A stretch of DNA of 64,000 nt from Ranitomeya imitator. Lineage: Eukaryota. The notes under the pieces are model-generated. The model searched no databases, was not told where the DNA came from, and worked only from the letters and a program-made list of their open reading frames with translations. A program made the translations under genes and the position numbers. The stretch is taken from positions 133,982,001 to 134,046,000 of the forward strand of contig NC_091291.1 of assembly GCF_032444005.1 (NCBI RefSeq), written 5' to 3'. Below are positions 53,545 through 64,000 of the stretch, piece after piece (within the stretch, counting starts at the first letter, position 1; the number at the start of each line of letters is the position of its first letter).

Positions 53545-55065
53545 GGATTCTCTTGGATCTCTCTGCAGCATTCGATACTGTGGATCATCAGCTCCTCCTC
53601 ACTATGCTCCGCTCCATCGGCCTCAAGGACACCGTTCTCTCCTGGTTCTCCTCCTATCTCTCTGACCGATCCTTCACTGTATGTTTTGCTGGTTCCTCCT
53701 CCTCTCACCTTCCCCTTACTGTTGGGGTTCCTCAAGGATCAGTCCTAGGCCCCCTCCTTTTCTCTTTGTATACTGCCTCTATTGGACAAACAATCAGTAG
53801 ATTTGGTTTCCAGTACCATCTCTATGCTGACGACACCCAATTATACACTTCTTCTCCTGATCTCACGCCTGCCTTATTAGTAAACACCAGTGATTGTCTT
53901 ACCGCTGTCTCTAACATCATGTCCTCCCTCTATCTGAAACTAAACCTGTCAAAAACTGAACTCCTCGTGTTCTCTCCCTCTACTAACCTACCTTTGCCTG
54001 ACATTGCCATCTCCGTGTGCGGTTCCACCATTACTCCAAAGCAACATGCCCGCTGCCTTGGGGTCATCCTTGATTCTGAGCTTTCATTCACCCCCCACAT
54101 CCGATCACTGGCTCGGTCTTATCTGCATCTCAAAAACATTTCTAGAATTCGCCCTTTTCTTACTTTCGACTCTGCAAAAACTCTTACTGTTTCACTTATT
54201 CATTCTCGTCTGGACTATTGTAACTCTCTACTAATCGGCCTCCCTCTTACCAAACTCTCCCCGCTCCAATCTGTCCTGAATGCTGCAGCCAGGATCATAT
54301 TCCTCACCAACCGTTACACCGATGCCTCTACCCTGTGCCAGTCATTACACTGGTTACCCATCCACTCAAGAATTCAGTACAAAATTACTACCCTCATCCA
54401 CAAAGCACTCCATGGCTCAGCACCACCCTACATCTCCTCCCTGGTATCAGTCTACCACCCTACCCGTGCCCTCCGCTCCGCTAATGACCTCAGGTTAGCA
54501 TCCTCAATAATCAGAACCTCCCACTCCCGTCTCCAAGACTTTACACGTGCTGCGCCGATTATTTGGAATGCACTACCTAGGTTAATACGATTTAATCCCC
54601 AATCCCCACAGTTTTAAGCGTGCCCTAAAAACTCATTTGTTCAGACTGGCCTACCGCCTCAATGCATTAACCTAACGATCCCTGTGTGGCCTATTTATAA
54701 TAAAAAAAAAAAAAAATCAGGTTCCTCGCATCATGTTCTCATACACTTTATGCAGTATTAGCCCTCTGTGTCTGTACTGCTACATACTTAGGCAGGTAAC
54801 TGGTTCATGCAGCTTTACATGAACACCTGAGCCTTACACTATGGCCGGTCCGAATAACTAAAGCAATTGTTACCATCCACCTCTCGTGTCTCCCCTTTTC
54901 CCCATAGTTTGTAGCTTGCGAGCAGCAGGGCCCTCATTCCTCCTGGTATCTGTTTGAACTGTATTTCTGTTATGCTGTAATGTCTATTGTCTGTACAAGT
55001 CCCATCTATAATTTGTAAAGCGCTGCAGAATATGTTGGCGCTATATAAATAAAAATTATATTATT
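53545..55065 (+). mobile_element. 5'-truncated L2/CR1-type LINE (RT C-terminal half plus 3' UTR)
   Basis: ORF 53553-54617: [42 protein letters not shown]; AATAAA and (att)n tail. Confidence 0.93.
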
Positions 55066-55170
55066 CCCCCATTCCCAACGTCTTCTGATGTGATGTCCAG
55101 GCTCACAGCCCCCAGATCCAGGAATCAGAGGGCTTCATGTAAGACGGCTTATTGTCATCGGGCTCCTGGT

Positions 55171-55793
55171 TGCCACATGTGGCCCCCCAGTAGTCCCCGG
55201 CGGTCCCTGTACCCCATCGGCCACGTGCGGCCCCCCCAGTAGTCCCTGTACCCCATCAGCCACGTGCGGCCTCCCAGTAGTCCCTGGCGGTCCTTGTACC
55301 CCATCGGCCACGTGCGGCCCCCCAGAAGTCCCTGGCGGTCCCTGTACCCCATCGGCCACGTGCAGCCCCCACAGTAGTCCCCGGCGGTCCCTGTACCCCA
55401 TCGGCCATGTGCAGCGCCCCCAGTAGTCCCTGTACCCCATCGGCCACGTGCGGCCCCCCGGTAGTCCCCCCGGCGGTCCCTGTACCCCATCGGCCACGTG
55501 CGGCCCCCCAGTAGTCACCGGCGCTCCCTGTAACCCATCGGCCATGTGCGGCCCCAAGTAGTCCCCCCGGCGGTCCCTGTACCCCATCGGCCACGTGCAG
55601 CAACCTCCCCCCCCCAGTAGTCCCTGTACCCCATCGGCCACGTGCGGCCCCCCAGTAGTCCCCCCGGCGGTCCCTGTACCCCATCGGCCACGTGCGGCCC
55701 CCCCCAGTAGTCCCCCCGGCAGTCCCTGTACCCCATCAGCCACGTGCAGTCCCCCAGTAGCCCCCGGCGGTCCCTGTACCCGATCGGCCACGT
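55171..55793. repeat. GC-rich minisatellite, variable ~34-46-bp unit
   Basis: ccctgtaccccatcggccacgtgcggccccccagtagt tandem units. Confidence 0.93.
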
Positions 55794-57449
55794 GCTGTGC
55801 GTCCCGCCATCGTTCTCCTCCCCATAGAGCAGATGGACGTTTATTTCCCGCCTGCAAAATATGGGTTTCCATTGTCAAAATCAAAGCGGCTCTGTCTGAG
55901 GATAAAGATCTGGTGTTACTTTAAAGGGGTTGTCTGGAGGGGGGTTATATGGGATGGGTGGGATTCTGATACCCAGCGCCCCCACGATCAGTGGCTGGAA
56001 GGAACAGTGCACCGAGCTAAACCGCTCCATACGCCATATAGTGGCCATTCTCAGTACTGCAGCTCGGCTCACATTCACTTCAATAGGAGCCGAGCTGCAG
56101 CCTAAGAGAACGGCCACTAGAGGGCGCTGTGCCGGCTCCGTACATGGTGTATTTCCGGTGATCGGTGGGATACGGGGTGTAAGGTCATCGATATCAGATC
56201 AGTGGGGGCCGATGTATTCCTCAGGCCTAATTCTAACCACCAGTATGAAAGGAGACAGAAGTGACACTGAGGGCCACACAGGAGCCGCACGGCCTGGGGC
56301 TGTGGTAAGTGCCCCCTTTATGGCTTCTCTACGCTATAAGGGGGTTTCCAGCTATACAAGGATGACGAGTCCGGCCCTAAACGCTTGTACAGTGGAGACC
56401 CCCTCCGATATGAAGGATGGGGCTCATTCCTACAACATGGCCTCCTATGTGCTGATCGGGGGCCGTACACACAAGATACAGATCGGGCTAAATGGGGGAT
56501 TCCGTTTATAACAAACAATTGTCGGTGAAACAAACGAAGATGAAGGAATTGTCAGGATGTTGGATTCGGCAGAAGTTTGGCAGTGAGTCTCTTCTCACCA
56601 TTGTGAACACTTACTCACCGAGCCGGGCGGCATCTCAGGAGCGATAACCTGTAGATATCTCATGGGCAATTTTCATGTTTTGTCCGGAGTCCGGCCGTTC
56701 CTCCTCGGGAGGTGATGAAGCCAACGATGCGACGTATCGGGCGGTAAATAAGCAGCCGGCACCGATGTGACACATCTTTATATACAGACACTCGTATGTA
56801 CAGTGCGGGGAGCAACAACCCCAACAATTTATGAGAAAATAAAGCGAATAGTGACATTTCCTCCGCACGAACCGGAGGCAGAGAACAGTAATAACCTACA
56901 AGTCATGTAGAGAAACGTCTGCTGCGGCCGATACAAAGACCTGGAAAAATAGACTGTATGAAATACAATGATACAAAACAGATACAGTACGAGGAAAAGA
57001 CGCCGTCTACACACAGGCAGCCAGTACTCTCACAGAGCATGGCGCCCACGTACCATGGGGCGGTGTACAGTGCGCAGATCCTGGCAGCCGGGGATCACAT
57101 ATATACAGATGTATCGGTGCAAAGAGCCGGAAATCGGAGAAAATCCACTGACGGCAGAAATGCTGAAGATGGCGAGAAACTGAACCCCAAAATACGAGAA
57201 CAACAACGTCTCATTTATTTACATGAAACCAGAAACTTCCTGTAATAAACCGGATTTATATGTGGAAACCATCAGCACTGAGGCTCCACGGCACCAGGAG
57301 CCTTGTCCACGGCCATGAAAGGGTTCATCTGGTTAAAAATGGCTGCTCTCTTCCAGCGTGGACACATTACCTCTATGTAACGTCCCGGGATTTTGATGCC
57401 TAGACCCTTCATAAACATGCACGCTCCACATGACAGTGGGTGTAAGCCA

Positions 57450-58260
57450 ATACCTATGTCCCCCTCCAGACCCTTCTATCCCCCTCCAGGCGCTTCTATC
57501 CCCCTCCAGACAATCAGTCCCCCTCCAGACACCTCTATCCCCCTCCAGACCCTTCTATCCCCCTTCAGGCCCTTCTATCCCCCTCAAGACAATCTGTTCC
57601 CCTTCCGCACTTCTATCCTCCTCAAGACAATCTATCCCCCTCCAGACCCTTCTGTCCCCCTTTAGACCCCTGTCCCCCTTCAGACCCATCTGTCCCGCTC
57701 CAGCTACCTCTGTCCCCCTCCAAACGCCTGTCCCCCTCCAGACCCTTCTGTCCCCCCCCAGACACCTGTCCCCCTTCTGTCCCTCTCCAGATACCTCTGT
57801 CCCCCTCCAAACGCCTGTCCTCCTCCAGACTCTTTTGTCTCCCTCCAGATGCCCTATATCCCCTCCAAGTGCCTGTTCTCCTCTAGACCCCTCTGTCCCC
57901 CTCTAGACCCTTCTGTCCCTCTCCAGATACCTCTGTCCTCCTCCAAACCCCTGTCCTCCTCCAGACTCTTTCGTCTCCCTCCAGATACCATATATCCCCG
58001 CCAGCCCCTCCAGGTGCCTGTTCTCCTCTAGACCCCTCTGTCCTCCTCTAGACCCCTCTGTCCTCCTCTAGACCCCTCTGTCCTCCTCTAGACCCCTCTG
58101 TCCCTATCCAGACACCCTACCCCCTCTAGAATCCGTTGTCTCCCTTTAGACCCCTCCGCACACCTTTCCCTTGCAGACTCCCCTCTGTCCTCCACTAAAC
58201 CCTCTTGTCCCCCTCTAGATCTGTGTCCCTGTCCACTCTAGACCCCTCTGCCCCGGCCAG
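57450..58260. repeat. C/T-rich cryptic tandem repeat
   Basis: Degenerate cccctccagaccctctgt motifs. Confidence 0.85.
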
Positions 58261-58369
58261 ACCCTTTTCTCCCTTTCTTCCCTCCAGACACTTTTGGCAG
58301 TGGCATGCTGAAATGTACCAGCCTGGTCCTTTCTGCCCTCATATCTGGGACACCCCCCATACACATTAA

Positions 58370-58674
58370 GGCTGGGGCTACACGGTAACGTTTGGTGCGA
58401 CCAAATCTCGCTACGCATCGCTGCTACATCGCGGGAAATGCAGCAAGTGAACGTGGCGGCATTGTGACCCATAGGATTGTGTGAGTTTGAGATGCAAGTC
58501 GTAAAAAGTCCACCCGCGTCTGATTTCTTGTGACTTGCCTTTTGCGGTTTGCAGTACCCTCAGGATTTTATCGTGACCCCAGTCACTTAGATTCCACCGC
58601 GATGTGGCAGCGACACGTAAGAAACCTTGGCCACTTGGCAACGTCTTGGGCAAAGTGGCGGTGTAGCCCCAGCC
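58370..58674. mobile_element. Harbinger-like MITE
   Basis: TIR GGCTGGGGCTACAC / GTGTAGCCCCAGCC. Confidence 0.7.
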
Positions 58675-59283
58675 TATATAGTCTCATGGTCCCACTAACA
58701 TTGCTGGAGTCAGTACGACCACCAGAGGCGACCACGCTGGATCTATTCAGGAGTCCAGATCTGGAGTGATCTCCTCAGCCCAAACCACCGAGGCCCAAAG
58801 AGCAACAATGGGAACCTCGGGGTGGTCACCGATCTCCATCACGGTTGGATTTTGGTCTTCTAGTGATCCCGCCATTGTGTCCAGCGTCACACCAATTACT
58901 ACACAAGTCGCACAGAGCCGCCGTCCACACCGCGCCCAGGGTGGCAGTGCGCACAGCACGTGGCGGCTTAGTCTGTACAGGCACTTTTCCACGTACGAGG
59001 CCACTACATTGTACACCTATTGCCGCCTCCAATCGATATAGTCACCAAAGTCATAGAAAATATAAGAACATCTGCAGATAAGTGATATCTATGGGGTGTG
59101 AATATCCTCGGGAATATTCTTCTATTTTCAGCACATCCCCACAATCCCAACCTTCCCTTCTCCTCCCAGAAGAAGTCTGGATAATGGAGGTTTGGGAACA
59201 GATATCTGCATTGTATGTAGTAATGGTGATGACTGCGAGAGCCAACTCCATCAACAACTGTGCAGCGATAGAATTCGCCTTAA

Positions 59284-59478
59284 AGGGATTGTCCAGGACT
59301 TTAATATTGAAGGTCAGATGATCGGAGGTGCAGTACCGACAATGGCCACTAGTGTCCGATGCTGCGCTGTTCTGCTCCGTTCACTGCTGATATACCGTCG
59401 CTGTAAACAGTCGATCAGTGGCGGACCCTGGTGTCGGACCCCCGCCTGTATGATACTTTCGACCACTGGACAACCCTT
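59284..59478. mobile_element. Kolobok/T2-type MITE
   Basis: ttaa-AGGGATTGTCC ... GGACAACCCT-ttaa-like flank. Confidence 0.55.
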
Positions 59479-59754
59479 TTTAATAGTTCTAGGTGCATAA
59501 TACTTCATGTGGTTGGGCAAACGTGTGATTATGAGGTATAGCAGGTTTTATAGCAGCAGTTTGGGGGTGAACGCATGGAATGTCCTTGTGAATCGGATGA
59601 GTATTTGTCTTTATATCAGTGATGTCATGATGATGTCATAATGAAGATAGCAGCAAGCCGGGAAGAACTAGGAGGTAGCAGGACAAGGGCGCCAGCAGGC
59701 AAGTGTCATTCATAGGACAGGGGGCATTGAATGAAACCCACCAAAACAGAATGA

Positions 59755-61030
59755 TGGGGAGACATCAGCCCATCCTGGGGACCACCGCTACAGAGTGACG
59801 AGGAGACATCCACCAATCCTCGGGACCACCGCTACAGAGTGACGAGGAGACATCCACCAATCCTCGGGACCACCGCTACAGAGTGATGAGGAGACACTTG
59901 CCCTACCTCAGGACCACCGCTACAGAGTGAGGAGAAGACATCCGCCCATCCTCGGGACCACCGCTACAGAGTGACGAGGAGACACCTGCCCTACCTCAGG
60001 ACCACCGCTACAGAGTGATGAAGAGACATCCGCCCATCCTCGGGACCACCGCTACAGAGTGACGAGGAGACACCTGCCCTACCTCAGGACCACCGCTACA
60101 GAGTGATGAGGAGACATCCGCCCATCCTCGGGACCACCGCTACAGAGTGACGAGGAGACACCTGCCCTACCTCAGGACCACCGCTACAGAGTGATGAGGA
60201 GACATCCGCCCATCCTCGGGACCACCGCTACAGCGTGATGAGGAGACACTTGCCCTACCTCAGGACCACCGCTACAGAGTGAGGAGAAGACATCCGCCCA
60301 TCCTCGGGACCACCGCTACAGAGTGACGAGGAGACACCTGCCCTACCTCAGGACCACCGCTACAGAGTGATGAGGAGACATCCGCCCATCCTCGGGACCA
60401 CCGCTACAGCGTGACGAGGAGACACCTGCCCTACCTCAGGACCACCGCTACAGAGTGATGAGGAGACATCCGCCCATCCTCGGGACCACCGCTACAGAGT
60501 GACGAGGAGACACCTGCCCTACCTCAGGACCACCGCTACAGAGCGACGAGGAGACATCTGCCCGTCCTCAGGACCACCGCTACAGAGCGACGAGGAGACA
60601 TCCGCCCATCCTCGGGACCACCGCTACAGAGTGGCGAGGAGACATCCACCAATCCTCGGGACCACCGCTACAGAGTGACGAGGAGACACCTGACCTACCT
60701 CAGGACCACCGCTACAGAGTGACGAGGAGACACCTGCCCTACCTCAGGACCACCACTACAGAATGACGAGGAGACACCTGCCCGTCCTCAAAACCACCGC
60801 TATAGAGTGACGAGGAGACACCTGTCCGTCCTCAGGACCACCACTACAGAATGACGGGGAGACCCCTGCCCATCCTCAGGACCACAGATACAGCGTGATG
60901 AGGACACACCTGCCCATCCTCAGGACCACCGCTACAGAATGATCAGAATGATCAGGACACATCTGCCCGTCCTCAGGACCACCGCTACAGCGTGATGAGG
61001 ACACACCTGCCCGTCCTCAGGACCACCGCC
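59755..61030. repeat. 44-bp minisatellite with alternating A/B variants (88-bp higher-order period)
   Basis: ggaccaccgctacagagtgacgaggagaca followed alternately by tccgcccatcctcg or cctgccctacctca. Confidence 0.95.
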
Positions 61031-61832
61031 CCACAGGCAGCTGCTTTCTCTGAGATCTATTGCTTGATTGTTATTATGGATTGTATTGAGCAGATTAGAT
61101 CTGGCCATTGTGGAAGATCGGTCCGTCTACGGCCAAATAACGAGTCTACCAGGTCCCCGAACGCTCCCCTGCACCCAGTACAAATGACACTTGTATGCTG
61201 CACCCTAAAAGCAGATAAAGGAAAGGTGTTACTGCTGGGGGGGATTATTGGTGTGCGAGAACAGGGATCTAAAAACAAAAAAACGGGAGAAATCACAGAA
61301 CTCACTCCAGATACAAAGTGGAATATTAATCTCGCTGCCACGTTGTAATGGATCACATCACAGGCAATATTCAGAGCGTGCAGTCACCAGTGGAAACCAT
61401 CAGACACGTGACCATTACCAGTGCATATACGCAAATAACGTAGGCATATTTAAAGGGAGTGTGTCACTCAGGCTACTGGGGCAATACCAGTGTCGGGCTT
61501 GGGATTAAAACACAAGTGCAAACTTACTTTTTTGGCTGCAGATAGAATCGGCGTACGGAGAAAATTAACTTTGCAAACATGCGGTAAAGTGCTCCGGCCC
61601 TCGGCAGTGAACCCATCCCGATGCCTCCCCCTTGGCCGGACATAGACACTGAGATCTCGGGATTCCTTGACCGGTAAGTGTGGATTGCTCTGAGAAACGG
61701 CCGTACTGCAAATGTCAGAGAGACGGTTACCTACAGCATGATCAGGACCACCCGTGCGCCAGGAATGGGCACATATGGCACATGCACAGAAAGTCTCACC
61801 AAAGAGGAGTTGGAGCACTTGCCACGGGAAGG

Positions 61833-61945
61833 ACTGCCCAGTGAGCACTTACCGTGACAGGGACCGCCCCCTGAGCACTTGCCGTGACAGGGACCGCCCC
61901 CTGAGCACTTGCCGTCACAGGTGCTGCCCCCTGAGCACTTGCCAA
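61833..61945. repeat. 30-bp tandem repeat, ~4 units
   Basis: ctgagcacttgccgtgacagggaccgcccc. Confidence 0.85.
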
Positions 61946-62592
61946 AAAGCTTAGGGTAAAAATGATCAGACTACGAGTCACGGTATCAGTGGTCTTGGGT
62001 TAGCGGCCATCATCCTCCCATACGTGGGTGTAGCGCCATATGGAGGATGGAGCTGCCCTGAAGATCTAGTCTGTGCAGCTGCTAGAAGCCAAGGATATTC
62101 CCATTACCGGCAAGATGCCCGTCCTCACAAATCCTCATCCCGCTCTCCGGAACATTACATTCTCGCACTAATATTGGCATCGGTTACAAAATATTACGAT
62201 GCTGTGAATAAAAAGAACCTCAATCTAAAACGTGTCGTCAGTGAGAACTCGGACGTCACAAAGTCTATAGGAAAACTACCAGCTATGAAAATAGGACGCA
62301 CCGAAACCTCAGTAAAAGGCGACATCTCACCCCTTTTTTTTTCTCAAAAAATACTGAATTTGCTCCGTTAGGATATGTACAAGAAGCTTGTGATGTCCAC
62401 AAGTCATGGACAAGCTGCTCTGTAAACCGCCACGTCCACCACGCTCCTCTATATACAGCCGTCGGCACTGCTCCCTCTGTATAAGCAATGTCCGTAAGGT
62501 GCCCATAGGGACCTTTTTTGGCAGCTTGAAGAATAATGCACTCAGACGATGAGTCCGTCACTTGTCTCCTCCGGTGAAGGTGCTCGGTGCCG

Positions 62593-62673
62593 TTAGTTGC
62601 TTCCGTGGTCTTCCTCCACCCATGCCACGATTTTACCCTCCCAGCCTGGAATGATATCTTCATCATGAAATAC
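62593..62673 (-). CDS. DIXDC1: DIXDC1 last coding exon
   Basis: [26 protein letters not shown]. Confidence 0.95.
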   Translation of the reverse strand, partial: VFHDEDIIPGWEGKIVAWVEEDHGSN

Positions 62674-63178
62674 CTGGGAAAATAGAAGAAAGCGAAGGTC
62701 GCCCTCATCACCAGCCTTATGGATTTACTAGTCACCTAGCACAAATTCACTACTTCCATCCAGTCCCATTTCAGCCATATTTAGGGCCTATATGGCAGCA
62801 TACGCATCTGTAATATGGAGCCGCACGGCCTCCAGGAGCTGCCACAGATATATAATCTCCTACAGGAGGGCAGAATATCTCCACACATGCAGGATGTAAA
62901 AAAGCGTGCCGTCATATTACTCTGAGCTCAGAAGGAGATGCGGGGTAGTAGGGGCACACACCTAGGCGCATTAGCCCTTATGCTACCGACAGGGTCTATG
63001 TGCCGAAAATAAGAGGAAGTTGGTATAAATGTGACATCTGCGAGAAATCTGGCGCTTTGTATAAGGGCTGAATGGCCACCGTAGTAATAACAATGGATGC
63101 CATGTCACATGGGTGCAGCACCACTATAGGGTCCGTGTGGGTCTGACCGCCGGACCCTCGCTGCTCACAACAACTTAC

Positions 63179-63287
63179 TTCTTCTTTGACTGTTCCAAAT
63201 TCAGGATCCAGAGCTTTGAAGTGATATCTGTGGTTCCCTTCTCTGTCAATGGCGACCTTGAAATCCCTCAGCGTCACCTCTCCTAAC
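63179..63287 (-). CDS. DIXDC1: DIXDC1 penultimate coding exon (DIX domain)
   Basis: [36 protein letters not shown], 109 nt. Confidence 0.96.
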
Positions 63288-63533
63288 CTGGGGACACATA
63301 ATCTGCCATTAGTCTCCGGAGCGGGTAACATTGCTGTAGTGCCGGCGTTCTGCACGGATCACAATCACCGCTGCCAAATCATTGTATTAAAAATGCCACA
63401 TATATAAACGACTGTCAGCTGATTGTAGGATATAATAGTGTAGTGCGGACCATGGCGGCACAGTGTCTGCTGGTGGTAATGGGGGACCTGCAGGTGAAGC
63501 CCACTGGTAACTCTCAGGGCAGGAAGCTTTTAC

Positions 63534-63645
63534 CTCTTTGGTATGTTAACCATGAAGGGTGTCAGCGAGCGATCGGTAAAGTACAGCACTTTGGTGCAGG
63601 AATTACTGCTTCCCATAACCGGCGCACTCTGAGAATGCGGCATCT
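63534..63645 (-). CDS. DIXDC1: DIXDC1 antepenultimate coding exon (start of DIX domain)
   Basis: [21 protein letters not shown], 112 nt; gene continues beyond the window. Confidence 0.95.
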
Positions 63646-63744
63646 CTGGAAGGAAAGATAAAGATGGAGATTACTGTCTGTGTACAAGGTACGGAGAGAA
63701 GGACACGGCACCAGTCCTAATCACTGCTTTTCCCTTCAGCCTCA

Positions 63745-64000
63745 TTAACCCCGGTGTATAACCTCCGACCCCCTCACCCCCCCGGTGTATAACACCGACC
63801 CCCTCACCCCCCCGGTGTATAACACCGACCCCCTCACCCCCCGGTGTATAACACCGACCCCCTCACCCCCCGGTGTATAACCTCCAAGCCCCTCACATCC
63901 CCCAGTGTATAACCTCCAACCCCCTCACCCCCCCGGTGTATAACCTCCGACCCCCTCACCCCCCCGGTGTATAACCTCCGACCCCCTCACCCCCCCCGGT
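63745..64000. repeat. ~30-bp minisatellite in DIXDC1 intron
   Basis: cccggtgtataacaccgaccccctcacccc tandem units. Confidence 0.93.

Noticed and set aside
55135-55924. Collagen-like GVQGPPG ORFs
   Set aside because: Minisatellite translation; no sustained Gly-X-Y register, signal peptide or splice context

Overview
Eukaryotic (vertebrate, most likely anuran amphibian - inference from repeat families) genomic window syntenic with the human 11q23 block DIXDC1-DLAT-PIH1D2-(NKAPD1). It holds the complete coding sequence of PIH1D2 (+, 5 coding exons, 6570-24265, 325 aa), the complete DLAT (-, 14 exons, 40238-51033, 621 aa) and the last three coding exons of DIXDC1 (-, DIX domain, 62593-63645). All exon boundaries were read by eye with GT-AG sites and consistent phases. 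Introns and the PIH1D2-DLAT spacer are packed with mobile DNA: (1) an apparently intact, very young Penelope-like element (PLE) with two overlapping ORFs, an in-frame C_CCU_UUA slippery heptamer, partial-tandem plus inverted termini, an 18-bp TSD and a variant hammerhead (HHR) motif; (2) two kb-scale palindromic insertions with TSDs, one with an HHR in its spacer; (3) three DIRS tyrosine-recombinase retroelements, one nested in another; (4) a Tc1 relic whose TIR is hit by an ORF1-only L1 derivative; (5) an L2/CR1 3' fragment, hAT/Harbinger/Kolobok-type MITEs and about ten GC-rich minisatellites. Most long ORFs in the supplied track outside these elements are repeat artefacts. The strongest candidates for something undescribed are the putative -1 frameshift and non-canonical ribozyme core of the PLE, the recurrent TSD-palindrome insertion architecture, and the ORF1-only L1. 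No database searches or computations were run.
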